DNA of 47,596 nucleotides from a virus (lineage: Duplodnaviria; Caudoviricetes), in IMG/VR virus record IMGVR_UViG_3300030330_005988, positions 1 through 47,596 of that record, one strand, 5' to 3'. Position 1 is the first letter of the stretch. Each line of letters opens with the position of its first letter. The position numbers and the translations under genes were made by a program. The notes beneath the pieces are model-generated. The model was not told the origin of the DNA. It saw nothing but the letters and a program-made list of their open reading frames with translations, and ran no database searches. This document shows positions 1 through 9,005 of the stretch, piece after piece.

Positions 1-458
1 CGTTTTCCTTTCGTACCGGCAGCAAGTATTAGGGTGCCTGCCGACATGACCTTCCCGATCCCAACCGTTTCAATATGGCACGATTTTTTACAGTGATTCA
101 TGATATCAAAGATAGCAAACATCTCATCTGCTGATCCTCCATATGTTGAAATATACATTGTAATTGGATCATAAGGCATTTCACCTTCTTGTAGATCTTG
201 TCTTGGCGCTTTCAAGTCAGCGAGAGCTAGAAAACCTGAAATAATTTCTCCGGCCTTCTCTTCATCCACGTTTCCTTGAAGCAACATGGTTCTACTTTCC
301 ATCTCATCAGCCATACCAGATAGTAACGCTTTCACATCAATGGGTGGCTTCTCTTCCTCAGGTTGTTGTTCTTGTGTTTCTTCGGTCTCTTTCGCCTCTT
401 TCTTTTCTTTTTTGTCTTTTTTTCCAAATCTAATTATTTTTTTAATAATGTGTTTCAT
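1..458 (-). CDS. clpP: ClpP-like ATP-dependent Clp protease proteolytic subunit (3' end runs off the window)
   Basis: Not in the ORF track. Manual translation from ATG 458 (GGAGG RBS) gives MKHIIKK...RTMLLQGNVDEE...PITMYISTYGGSADEMFAIFDIM...IETVGIGKVMSAGTLILAAGTKGKR, matching ClpP motifs including the catalytic-Ser segment. It has a long charged N-terminal extension. Confidence 0.9.
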   Translation of the reverse strand, partial: MKHIIKKIIRFGKKDKKEKKEAKETEETQEQQPEEEKPPIDVKALLSGMADEMESRTMLLQGNVDEEKAGEIISGFLALADLKAPRQDLQEGEMPYDPITMYISTYGGSADEMFAIFDIMNHCKKSCHIETVGIGKVMSAGTLILAAGTKGK

Positions 459-470
459 ATAACCTCCAAT

Positions 471-508
471 AAAAAAGGACTTGAAGATTTTATCTTCCTC
501 AAGTCCTT
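471..508 (-). terminator. Intrinsic terminator-like hairpin
   Basis: Minus strand AAGGACTTGA-GGAAGATAAAATCT-TCAAGTCCTT followed by a T run. Confidence 0.65.
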
Positions 509-510
509 AT

Positions 511-539
511 AATATAACACAATTCTGTCTTGTTGTCAA
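511..539 (-). promoter_or_regulatory. sigma70-type promoter upstream of clpP
   Basis: TTGACA-17 nt-TATATT. Confidence 0.85.
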
Positions 540-547
540 GAAATAAA

Positions 548-1186
548 TTATTTTTTGCGACCGAGGGCCTCATTCAATTTCTTATGAGCGCGTTTTGCCT
601 CAACAATACGCTTTGCAACACGGCGAGCAACTTCATTAACGATCTCTTCTTCTGTGAGTTCCATGTCAACCTCTTGAAGCTCTTTGTCTAAATCCATCTC
701 TGGTTCTTCCTCGGGAGCGTCCATATCATCAGCGGGAGGCTCGTCGTCTAGTGCTGGTTCATCATCGTCCATATCCATGTCTTCTTCGTCACCTGCTTGG
801 TCGAGGAGGGGCGCGAGTTTGTCTTGGAGTGTATCAAGTGCGGACTTTACATCAGCGAGATCTTCTTCGTCCATTTCAATATCAGCATCTCCGGCTTCAT
901 CTCCCATGGGCTTATCATCCTTTTCCAAGCCCACATCCATGTCCTCTTGTTCATCCATGAGTTTTTCATCGTCTTTTTTCATTGGGCCACGCATTTCACG
1001 CATTTCATCGTCTTTCTTGGCTCGCATTTCACGCATTTCATCGTCTTTCTTGGCTCGCATCTCATCAAGTTCTTCGCTTTCACGCATTTCATCATCGTGT
1101 TTGTACGCCATTTCTTTAATTGGGTTAATTCCAGCAAGACCCATGAAACGGCGGACCTGGGCTTCGGATAAAAGTTTCTTACTCAT
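548..1186 (-). CDS. Highly acidic low-complexity protein, possible scaffold or internal head protein
   Basis: 212 aa, D/E/M-rich with MRAKKDDEMRE repeats and helical termini; GGAG RBS; candidate late-promoter motif upstream. Confidence 0.5.
   Translation of the reverse strand: MSKKLLSEAQVRRFMGLAGINPIKEMAYKHDDEMRESEELDEMRAKKDDEMREMRAKKDDEMREMRGPMKKDDEKLMDEQEDMDVGLEKDDKPMGDEAGDADIEMDEEDLADVKSALDTLQDKLAPLLDQAGDEEDMDMDDDEPALDDEPPADDMDAPEEEPEMDLDKELQEVDMELTEEEIVNEVARRVAKRIVEAKRAHKKLNEALGRKK
990..1060. repeat. 33-bp perfect coding tandem repeat (2 units plus a partial unit)
   Basis: cgcatttcacgcatttcatcgtctttcttggct at 990-1022 and 1023-1055. Confidence 0.9.
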
Positions 1187-1219
1187 AGTTTAAAATCTCC
1201 TTAAAACTTAAATTCTTAA

Positions 1220-1227
1220 TAAATAGA
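1220..1227 (-). promoter_or_regulatory. Candidate phage late promoter (TCTATTTA)
   Basis: Member of the CTA(A/T)TTA motif set found before structural genes. Confidence 0.5.
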
Positions 1228-1247
1228 ACCTTAAATACAAAAAAACT

Positions 1248-1574
1248 CTACAAATCAGGAAATTCTTCTTCGATCAAATCAAAGATGTTTTCTAGTTCTG
1301 AGTCTTTGATGCCAAAACGCTCCAACAACTCTTCACTTTTCTGTTTATCTTTTTTTCTATATTTTGCATTCCTCTTGGAATCCTTTCCTTTTTCTAGTTT
1401 GTAGCTCTCAATAAATTTTATTATCTTTGGATCTTTATCTAGATACCCCGCTATTAAACAGCGAAAAAATTCGGCTTGAGATAAACTATCATATTCAAGC
1501 CGAATTTTTAATTGAGCATGTTTATGCGTAGAAGCTTCAAAGACAATTCTTTTGTTTTTATCTTTTGTTTCCAT
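1248..1574 (-). CDS. Hypothetical protein, possible ribbon-helix-helix DNA-binding protein
   Basis: Likely start METKDK at 1574, which avoids overlap with dUTPase. RIVFE strand followed by two helices (HAQLKIRL, SQAEFFRCLI). Confidence 0.5.
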   Translation of the reverse strand: METKDKNKRIVFEASTHKHAQLKIRLEYDSLSQAEFFRCLIAGYLDKDPKIIKFIESYKLEKGKDSKRNAKYRKKDKQKSEELLERFGIKDSELENIFDLIEEEFPDL

Positions 1575-1578
1575 GGTG

Positions 1579-1586
1579 TAATTAGT
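1579..1586 (-). promoter_or_regulatory. Candidate late promoter (ACTAATTA), possibly giving a near-leaderless mRNA
   Basis: Motif lies 4 nt before ATG 1574; no SD sequence. Confidence 0.45.
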
Positions 1587-2004
1587 TCCCGGAAGAACCA
1601 AAGCCGCCCCCACCTCTAACACTCTTTGGTAAATCTTGCACTTCAACAAATTCAATTAAAGGTATTGGAACAATCATCATCTGCCCTATCCTATCTTTGA
1701 CGTCATAGGTTTGATCCACAAAACCTTTCCTGTCGAACTTAAAAATTATCTCTCCACGATAACCAGAATCAATGACTCCGACCGAATTGCATAGTCGAAG
1801 ATTAGTCTTTGATATTGAGGATCTTGGGAATAACAATCCAACATGGCTTTCCGGAATTTCCATGGCGAGACCTGTGCCATAGCAAAGGTTACCAAATTCA
1901 TCCTCCCACTTTCTGGTTGCTACGAGATCAACCGCAGCATCATCAAGATGAGCATATTTAGGAATAACTGCTTCTTCGTCAAGTTTCTTTATTTTTACTC
2001 TCAT
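1582..2004 (-). CDS. dut: Trimeric dUTPase
   Basis: Motifs AAVDL, PRSS, GVIDSGYRGEI, RIGQ, RGGGGFGSSG. Confidence 0.97.
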   Translation of the reverse strand: MRVKIKKLDEEAVIPKYAHLDDAAVDLVATRKWEDEFGNLCYGTGLAMEIPESHVGLLFPRSSISKTNLRLCNSVGVIDSGYRGEIIFKFDRKGFVDQTYDVKDRIGQMMIVPIPLIEFVEVQDLPKSVRGGGGFGSSGN

Positions 2005-2251
2005 TTAATTCCTCCTTTATTTGAGCTATCAATTTGTGTGCATTGTCCCAACATGTTGGGCAATACAAGTTCACTTTGTTTTCTTTCTCTCGGACAACAA
2101 CCGACCAAGTCATCGCCATTTCTTTTGATTTTTTATCAAATGGTCTGTCACAGTTTGTACATTGCTTTGGAAGTTTATCAAAGAGCCCAATCTTTTTTTC
2201 AAGGTCAGGCTTCTTTTTTATTCCCAACTTCCTTCGCTGGGCCCTATTCAT
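1979..2251 (-). CDS. Zinc-ribbon hypothetical protein
   Basis: CTNC...CPTC pairs, N-terminal NRAQRR; overlaps both neighbours. Confidence 0.65.
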   Translation of the reverse strand: MNRAQRRKLGIKKKPDLEKKIGLFDKLPKQCTNCDRPFDKKSKEMAMTWSVVVREKENKVNLYCPTCWDNAHKLIAQIKEELNESKNKET

Positions 2252-2531
2252 CTTCTTTTCCCTTCAATGCTTGATACATATCAATCAAAGCTCCGATGTC
2301 GATATCGTCTTTGATAAGGCGCAACGCCCGCACTGACAATGAGATGTCCTCCTTGGACAGCCATTTTTTATCAAGATACTCTTTCTTAAGTTCTCGTTTT
2401 TGTTCTTTGTACGGCTCCATTGCCTCCTCAATCGCTTTGAGACTCGCGATATAATCAGCGATGTGCTCCTCCTTAGATTTGGTTTCTTCATATTTCTGCT
2501 CCACGACTATTTTTAGATTATTATTTAACAT
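2244..2531 (-). CDS. Small helical protein, possibly a GapR / T4 DsbA-like dsDNA-binding protein
   Basis: 95 aa, IADYIASLKAIEEAM...KRELKKEY...VRALRL pattern; GGAG RBS. Confidence 0.5.
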   Translation of the reverse strand: MLNNNLKIVVEQKYEETKSKEEHIADYIASLKAIEEAMEPYKEQKRELKKEYLDKKWLSKEDISLSVRALRLIKDDIDIGALIDMYQALKGKEDE

Positions 2532-2540
2532 GTTGTTCTC

Positions 2541-3464
2541 CTATGGTAATATTAGCACTTCTGCGTTTCTTTTGTTTTTCTTTTTCATACTACTTTGGCC
2601 CTTTGAGGCCCACTTGCGGTATTTTTTGTCGATGTTGATTATTGTTTTCTTTTGGGCCCATTGTTGCAGCAAGAGGTTACTTTTTGTTCCATAAACAAAA
2701 GCATTGCTCAAAGCCCAGCCGCACGGAAGGCTGTCAATCCAATCTAGAAGACTTTGTTCATCTTCCTCGGTCCAACCTTCGTATTTGAAGCCGCTAGCTA
2801 AATAGGGCGGATCCATATAAACAAAGTCATCTTTTTTGGGCCGGATGCTTTTAAAACTACCAGTTGTCCACATCAAGTTTCTACCTTTCATTGTTGATAC
2901 ATGGTCATTGTATTTCTTTTTTGCCCTTGCGGAAAAGTCCAGTGGCCCAACACCTCCAGAAAGCGTCCCATCTTTCTTGGTACGTACTGCGCTGTTTCTT
3001 CCGTAAATTGTAAGAATCATATACGCGCAAGCTTGTTTGATGCCACTAAACTTATTGTTGTTGAAATCACACAGCAAACGATTGTAACCTGATTTGTTCA
3101 ACTGGTCTAAATGCAAATTGGAGATAGTCTTCCCTTGCCATGTGCATGTTCCGATGTTGGCGTCTTTTAAATACTCAGATCTAGATTTTTTAGAACTATT
3201 TGTAAGATTATATCTGGTGATCATACTTTCAAGTTCTACAATAAATTTTGGATTATCTAGGTTTGAGTAAAGATTTTGAAGATATTTATTGTTATCCACA
3301 AAGTGCACTTTATTGTAGGAAGTTGATAGCCCAACGACACAGGATCCGCTGAACATGTCCCAAAAGGTGCCCCTTAGGGTTTTTGGGAAATGCGCTGTAA
3401 TTTGATCTAATATTTTTGATTTGTGGCCGACATAATTTAGCAAACTAAACATTTTTTTTGTCAT
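2541..3464 (-). CDS. dam: DNA adenine methyltransferase (Dam/D12 class)
   Basis: LNYVGHKSK, motif I DMFSGS, motif IV YMDPPY, WALSN, EVLI. Confidence 0.88.
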   Translation of the reverse strand: MTKKMFSLLNYVGHKSKILDQITAHFPKTLRGTFWDMFSGSCVVGLSTSYNKVHFVDNNKYLQNLYSNLDNPKFIVELESMITRYNLTNSSKKSRSEYLKDANIGTCTWQGKTISNLHLDQLNKSGYNRLLCDFNNNKFSGIKQACAYMILTIYGRNSAVRTKKDGTLSGGVGPLDFSARAKKKYNDHVSTMKGRNLMWTTGSFKSIRPKKDDFVYMDPPYLASGFKYEGWTEEDEQSLLDWIDSLPCGWALSNAFVYGTKSNLLLQQWAQKKTIINIDKKYRKWASKGQSSMKKKNKRNAEVLILP

Positions 3465-3570
3465 TCTTTTCTCCTAATTTGCACTTAATCCATACACCAA
3501 ATATTGGTACCGTCGATACCAAGGCAAACAGAGCATTCCATTCGCCGTGACAATTCATCAGATGGTTCAT
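3445..3570 (-). CDS. Small putative membrane peptide (41 aa)
   Basis: Below the ORF-track cutoff. TGATG coupling to the upstream ORF; MNHLMNCHGEWNALFALVSTVPIFGVWIKCKLGEKNDKKNV; fills the gap. Confidence 0.45.
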   Translation of the reverse strand: MNHLMNCHGEWNALFALVSTVPIFGVWIKCKLGEKNDKKNV

Positions 3571-3758
3571 CAGTTCACCATCCATCTTAATTGTGTCGGT
3601 AGATCAGCAACCATCACTGACCAGCCGGCACCATGGATGTTCCAATAAACGACTCCTTTCTCGACAGGGTGTTGTGGAACTTTTGTAACTGCTGTTACAC
3701 TTTCTTCTCTTACCCACATTACGTGGTCTTTTATACTAACATGTTGTAATTTAATCAT
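3570..3758 (-). CDS. Hypothetical protein
   Basis: 62 aa; ATGA overlap with the upstream ORF. Confidence 0.6.
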   Translation of the reverse strand: MIKLQHVSIKDHVMWVREESVTAVTKVPQHPVEKGVVYWNIHGAGWSVMVADLPTQLRWMVN

Positions 3759-4033
3759 TTTTCCCCCTTTCTTACTTTAAATGCATATTCAAGACCACGA
3801 AAGCATTTGCGGTCAATTTTGTACATCACACCATCTCTGGTTGATGTAATTCTTGCAGAAATAACTGCCGGCCAGCAACGCTCTGCTATCTTAGCTGCTA
3901 GTGAAGCCATGGCAAACACATCAACGTGACCTTTTTCATCTTTACTGTCAAGGATTGATGACTCACAATCAGGTGGTCCCCCTTTTCCTTTAAACTTCTT
4001 AATAATTTCTTGTTGTAATTTTTTATCTAACAT
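3755..4033 (-). CDS. Hypothetical protein
   Basis: 92 aa; AAGGAGG RBS directly behind a sigma70 promoter. Confidence 0.75.
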   Translation of the reverse strand: MLDKKLQQEIIKKFKGKGGPPDCESSILDSKDEKGHVDVFAMASLAAKIAERCWPAVISARITSTRDGVMYKIDRKCFRGLEYAFKVRKGEK

Positions 4034-4053
4034 ATTTTCCTCCTTACATTTAT

Positions 4054-4082
4054 AATATAACCTATCTTTCTAGATATGTCAA
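4054..4082 (-). promoter_or_regulatory. sigma70-type promoter
   Basis: TTGACA-17-TATATT. Confidence 0.85.
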
Positions 4083-4331
4083 GTCATTTTCTTCAATTTT
4101 TTCAAATAAATCAGCGGCCCAATGATAAGCTTTTTCTCCATCAAAAAATCTGACGAGGTAATAACCATCAAAGTGTTTGCTGACCTCCAAAACAAATCCG
4201 GGCTTCATTTTTTTTGAATATTCTAATACTTCTGTCTCTAGGTTTTCATCCCAAGCGATATTTTCCACAATCCTAGCAAACACGAGCTTGCCATGGCATA
4301 CTTTCCTGTTGATACTCTTAAAGCCTTTCAT
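4062..4331 (-). CDS. Small SH3/KOW-like hypothetical protein
   Basis: Start MKGFKS at 4331 (TGATG overlap with the dnaE stop, AAGGAG RBS); GKLVF...GFVLEV...YLVRFFDG. Confidence 0.6.
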   Translation of the reverse strand: MKGFKSINRKVCHGKLVFARIVENIAWDENLETEVLEYSKKMKPGFVLEVSKHFDGYYLVRFFDGEKAYHWAADLFEKIEENDLTYLER

Positions 4332-7300
4332 CACTTCTCCTTGTTGGTTGTCATTCGTCTCCATGTTTTATCAACATGGCCTCTGGTGGAAAAACCCCAG
4401 CCGTCAGAATATTGGGGCTTTATTATGTAAACTTCATTCAACAGGATCTCATCACGTATTGTGTCTTTGTTGACGCCCCAGTAGCGAAGTTTTGTAAGTT
4501 TGTTATTGGAATCAATTAAATCAATTACAGCAAACCACTTGCCATTCTTTGACTTACGAAGATTGAGATTTCGTGGAATTCCCCAACATGCTCCAAGTGC
4601 AGAGTCAAACTCAGATATCGGCGGAACACAAAACTTCTCCATTGATTGTTTCACTTCTTTTGGAACAACCAAGTTCATGGGAAAAATACCTGTTAATTCG
4701 GCGAGAAATTCAACTTTATCGTTAAGCGAGAAGTCACCAGCTTCTTTGTAAGCTTCAATGTTTTCCGCAAGTTTTTTGAGGTTTTTTGGGCGATCCACAC
4801 AACACGCAGACCAGAAGTGTTTGTCGCCCGTGAAACGATCATCTATCAGCACCCCTAGAGCGCCAGAGCGACAGAGGGCATCCAGAGACTTTTTATTGAG
4901 TTTTCTGTAGATGATGTCTTCATTGAACAGAAGATCCTCAACAGTCTCAAAGGGACGATGTGCAACAATTTCCTCAATTGCTTTATCGCCAAGACCCTTA
5001 ATGGTCGTTAGTGGGGCAACGAGAGAGCCATCGCCATGTGCTTCCCAATTTTCACCAGAATTGTTAATATCAATAGGCCGTATGCTAAAACCATGAGACT
5101 TAGCAATGTTAATCGCTTTCTCCTTGCGAGTGTCGGGCTCCCTGTCAAGAAAAGAGCACATCCACTCAGTAGGAAAATAGTGATAAAGATAAGCACATTG
5201 ATAAGAAATAATGGAGTAAGACACAGCATGAGACTTGTTAAAGCCATAACCAGAGAAATATTCAAAGGTAGCCCATAACTCCTTCGCTTCCGTCTCCGAA
5301 ATCTCTTTTTCGACACAACCTTCGATAAACTTCGCCTTGATCGCCTCTTTAACTTCATGTCCTTTTCCCGTACCCTTCTTAGTAAGTACTTTGCGGAGAA
5401 GATTTGCTTCATCCATTGATATGCCTTTGCCCAACTTGTAAGCTAGCATCGCAATTTGTTCTTGAAAAATCAAAAAACCATAGGTTTCCTTGGTAACCTC
5501 TTCTACGAGAGGATGAAGGTAATTAATTGATAGAGTATCATTAATAGCAGCAACATACTGCTTATCCACACCAGCCGATAAAGGCCCTGGGCGATAGATA
5601 GACGTAATAGCTGCAATATCAATGATGGAGTTCGGCTGAGCTTTGGTGGCGAAGGATTGTGCTCCTTTCTCGGTGAACTGGAAAATTCCTGCCCACTGTC
5701 CGGAGTGAAAAATGTTTTCATAAACTTCCTTGTTGTTGAGATCAATAACGTCTGGATGTAGATGTTTGTCATAAAACTGCTTGATGTCTTTAAACTCTGG
5801 AGACTCATTACCTTGCTTCTTCAAGATACGCTCGATGCAACCCTCAATCATTCTAAGTGTAGATAGTCCCAAGATATCAAACTTAATAAACCCTAGGGGC
5901 TCAAGCTGGCGGACGTTCTGGCCCTCAGACCATGGAGTTTGACGCACACCCTTAGAAGATATTAAGGGCATGTATTTATTTAACTGCTCTCCAACAACCA
6001 CACCGCCGGCATGGCGAGAGCATGAGCGATAAGACCCATAAAGAGCCATAACGTGATCAGCAACATGTGGATACTTATTTAGAAAGTTTCGAAGACTATC
6101 GGAAAATTCAATTGTCTCTTCAAATGTTGGTGTATAGACACCAGCACGAATACCATGCTTTCGCTTAGCCGCAGGTGTGGCTTCTTTCATCATGACGTTT
6201 GTTACTGCATTTACTTCGTTAAAAGGAATCTCATAGAACTTAGAGATGTCTTTGAGTAGAGAACGAAGCTGCAATGTATTCCAGTTTGAGATAGGGACAA
6301 CAACATCATCGCCCCATTCATCAATAAGCATGTCTTTAAGAACCATGGGGTCAGATACATCATAATCAATATCCGGATAGTCTGTTGCATCTGAACGCAA
6401 GAAACGAGAGAACAAGAGCCCATACTCAATCGGATCAACTTGCGTGATACCAAGAGCATAAGCCACAAGGGAACCCGCAGCTGAACCGCGACCAGGGCCA
6501 GCTAGCTGGACTTCATTGGTCTTGTCAGAAATCGCCTTCATGGTTAAGAAGTACTTTGAAAACCCACGATCAGCAATTACTTTAAGTTCATGATTTATTC
6601 TAGAAATGTACTCATCGTTGAGCTTTGACAGTAATTTTAAACCCCCAATTGAGAGATCGCGGAGATAATCATCTTCATCACGACCAGCAGGTACAACAAA
6701 GTCAGGAAGCCTGACAGTGGTGTCTGGAACAAATTTTTCAATGCGTTCGAAAGCGATAGTGTGGCTCTCTTCAATTGAGGCCAAAACGAGTTCATCTTCA
6801 TAATCAAATCCTTGTGAATATTTTTTGTAGTCTTCCCACATCTGTTCTCCATTCTTTGGATACAGTTCATAGTCCATATCAGACACAGCGCCGGGGAGTG
6901 TCATGTCAAGCCATTCAGGCGCACCACGGCCCAGCCAACCAAGTCTCTTGTAGAGCTCACGATCTTTCCAAGCTGTTGGTGTGGGATAGTGAGAATCGGC
7001 GGTAGATACCAAAGGGATATCAAATTCTTTATGTATCTGAATGATTAATCTGTTAAGAGCATGTTGTTCTGGGACGGCATTCCATTGTAGTTCGCCATAC
7101 CAGCGATCTCCGAAAATACCAATCATAGTACGAGTGGTTTCTCTCATGCACTCAAGAACAGCTTCTTCTCCGTCTTCAATATTTTCCCAGTAACAACCAG
7201 CATAAACACCACCTAGGCATGCAGACATGGCAATTACACCCTCACTGTATTTACTGAGAAGATTGTAATCCATGCGTGGCTTTCGGTAAAAATATTTTTC

Positions 7301-7756
7301 ACTGTAGCTCTCTGAGATTAATCTAAAGATGTTATTGAGACCGGTTTGGTTCATTGCGAGGAGAACTAAATGACGAGAGCGATTAATTGAGCGACCTTTT
7401 GATTTAGTAGCTCCTTCTTCTTCGACATTAACTCCTGATTGTTTGTCTGAAAGTTCTCTTGCTTTTTTCTTGTCTGCTTTGTGTTCTTCATATTGTTTTC
7501 TCCATTCATTAACATCATTAATAAAATAAGCTTCAACACCAAAGATTGGCTTGAAGTCTTTACCTTCTTTTGCCATTTTGTTAGCATGAAGGATTTGATA
7601 AGCAAAGCCGTTCATGTTCCCATGATCGGTTAGGGCCAGTGCTTGTCCTCCATTGTTAAAGCAGTAGTCCATGTGTTCTTGTGGATATCCAAATCCATCA
7701 AAGGGCGATCCAACGCCCGAGTGAGCATGAAGCCCAACAAATTTAATGTTTTTCAT
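4331..7756 (-). CDS. dnaE: DNA polymerase III alpha subunit (family C)
   Basis: PHP domain (LHAHS, ALTDHG, TADSHY), GPGRGSAAGSLV, PDIDYD, SRHAGG, KFDILGL, YGFNKSHA; no intein seen. Confidence 0.98.
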   Translation of the reverse strand: MKNIKFVGLHAHSGVGSPFDGFGYPQEHMDYCFNNGGQALALTDHGNMNGFAYQILHANKMAKEGKDFKPIFGVEAYFINDVNEWRKQYEEHKADKKKARELSDKQSGVNVEEEGATKSKGRSINRSRHLVLLAMNQTGLNNIFRLISESYSEKYFYRKPRMDYNLLSKYSEGVIAMSACLGGVYAGCYWENIEDGEEAVLECMRETTRTMIGIFGDRWYGELQWNAVPEQHALNRLIIQIHKEFDIPLVSTADSHYPTPTAWKDRELYKRLGWLGRGAPEWLDMTLPGAVSDMDYELYPKNGEQMWEDYKKYSQGFDYEDELVLASIEESHTIAFERIEKFVPDTTVRLPDFVVPAGRDEDDYLRDLSIGGLKLLSKLNDEYISRINHELKVIADRGFSKYFLTMKAISDKTNEVQLAGPGRGSAAGSLVAYALGITQVDPIEYGLLFSRFLRSDATDYPDIDYDVSDPMVLKDMLIDEWGDDVVVPISNWNTLQLRSLLKDISKFYEIPFNEVNAVTNVMMKEATPAAKRKHGIRAGVYTPTFEETIEFSDSLRNFLNKYPHVADHVMALYGSYRSCSRHAGGVVVGEQLNKYMPLISSKGVRQTPWSEGQNVRQLEPLGFIKFDILGLSTLRMIEGCIERILKKQGNESPEFKDIKQFYDKHLHPDVIDLNNKEVYENIFHSGQWAGIFQFTEKGAQSFATKAQPNSIIDIAAITSIYRPGPLSAGVDKQYVAAINDTLSINYLHPLVEEVTKETYGFLIFQEQIAMLAYKLGKGISMDEANLLRKVLTKKGTGKGHEVKEAIKAKFIEGCVEKEISETEAKELWATFEYFSGYGFNKSHAVSYSIISYQCAYLYHYFPTEWMCSFLDREPDTRKEKAINIAKSHGFSIRPIDINNSGENWEAHGDGSLVAPLTTIKGLGDKAIEEIVAHRPFETVEDLLFNEDIIYRKLNKKSLDALCRSGALGVLIDDRFTGDKHFWSACCVDRPKNLKKLAENIEAYKEAGDFSLNDKVEFLAELTGIFPMNLVVPKEVKQSMEKFCVPPISEFDSALGACWGIPRNLNLRKSKNGKWFAVIDLIDSNNKLTKLRYWGVNKDTIRDEILLNEVYIIKPQYSDGWGFSTRGHVDKTWRRMTTNKEK

Positions 7757-7779
7757 AATTCCTCCTCAATTATGTTTAT

Positions 7780-7808
7780 AATATAACCTATTTTGCTTTT
7801 GGTGTCAA
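7780..7808 (-). promoter_or_regulatory. sigma70-type promoter for dnaE
   Basis: TTGACA-17-TATATT, overlapping the MTase stop codon. Confidence 0.85.
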
Positions 7809-9005
7809 TATTTTTTTTGCAGTTTTTTTAGGTATTTTTGTATTTTGTAATGCTTTTTGTGAAAAACAATATCGCCCACCGACTTTGAAGCCCAAGTCGG
7901 ACCAGTCAATTGAGTTTAATATGGCAGCGCAGTGTCTTTCATCTAGTGTTTGATCTTTTAGAAACAAGGCTAAGATTGAGCCGTCAAAATTTTTGCATGT
8001 ATGAGTAAAAAAGGGATTGGATTTTCTAGTTTTGCAATTCACATACACTCTTTTGTCGTTATTTTTTGTAAAATCTCGCCCCCAAAGCCACCAATTAGAT
8101 TCATCAAACGTCTTTAATTTTCTCTTCAGCAGCTCTTCTTTTTTTGACTCCATAAACTTATTTTTTACATTGTAATACATCTTTCTTGTATTTCCGGTTG
8201 TGTGTGTTTTTGAATAGACAAAATCTTCGTTTCCGTTTTTATTAACGAAGATCGAATCCATACCAGAAACCCCTCCGACCCTAACACTAAAGACATTCGA
8301 TAGACTGTAGTCATACAAAGTATTTGAAAAGACAAATTGTCCCCCTATATTTTGTTGATTGACGACTGTGGAATTTAGCAGTTTTGTTTTTCTAGAAAAA
8401 TTACCTTTCTCAAATCTCCAAATCGCACAATTGGGAGAAAAACCAGAAAACAAAACTTTATCACCATAATCATAGAAATGTGTTATTGTGCCAGATTTGT
8501 GAAGTTCATTGATTAACGGAATAGCTGATGTTTGTTTGATAAAATCACGAGGTGTTAAAAAAATTATTTCCCCATTGTTTTTAAGGTGCTTCAAGCATTT
8601 ATCAATAAAAAAGACATGCAGATTAGTTCTTTTGTCAAACTTATCTAAATCCAGCTTTAATTTTGTGTCCTCAACAATCTCTTTGAAACCAACATATGGT
8701 GGATTGCCAATTATTGTATCGAATTTATTTGTTGTGTCGTAGTCGAAGAAGTCCATATTCAAAACGCCTTGTGGGCATATAGTTTCATCATATTCTATCG
8801 CAGTGGTGTTTTTTAGATACTTTATGAAATTACCAGTACCGGCACTTGGCTCCAATACATTGCCGTTGTTTTTCATAAGAGATACCATTAATTTAATTTC
8901 TTTTTCTCTTGTAAAGACCTGTCCTAGGTTTTTCACTTTATCTATTATCTCTTCTTCTTCTGTATCCTGAGGCTTCTCTGTTGTTGTAATAGTTGTATCG
9001 CTCAT
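7788..9005 (-). CDS. N6-adenine DNA methyltransferase (gamma class, NPPY)
   Basis: GQVFT, LEPSAGTGNF, IIGNPPY, C-terminal target-recognition region. Confidence 0.9.
   Translation of the reverse strand: MSDTTITTTEKPQDTEEEEIIDKVKNLGQVFTREKEIKLMVSLMKNNGNVLEPSAGTGNFIKYLKNTTAIEYDETICPQGVLNMDFFDYDTTNKFDTIIGNPPYVGFKEIVEDTKLKLDLDKFDKRTNLHVFFIDKCLKHLKNNGEIIFLTPRDFIKQTSAIPLINELHKSGTITHFYDYGDKVLFSGFSPNCAIWRFEKGNFSRKTKLLNSTVVNQQNIGGQFVFSNTLYDYSLSNVFSVRVGGVSGMDSIFVNKNGNEDFVYSKTHTTGNTRKMYYNVKNKFMESKKEELLKRKLKTFDESNWWLWGRDFTKNNDKRVYVNCKTRKSNPFFTHTCKNFDGSILALFLKDQTLDERHCAAILNSIDWSDLGFKVGGRYCFSQKALQNTKIPKKTAKKILTPKAK

Noticed and set aside
990-1060. CRISPR array
   Set aside because: The repeats are adjacent with no spacers and lie in frame within a CDS; no cas genes are present.
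684-1193. Ser-rich plus-strand ORF and the other plus-strand ORFs in the track (e.g. 36954-37565, 19676-20071)
   Set aside because: They are antisense shadows of well-supported minus-strand genes, with no RBS, promoter or recognisable motif.
3535-3575. Hammerhead-like CTGATGA...GAA on the minus strand
   Set aside because: There is no convincing stem II, GAAT replaces GAAA, and the region is explained by a small coupled ORF.
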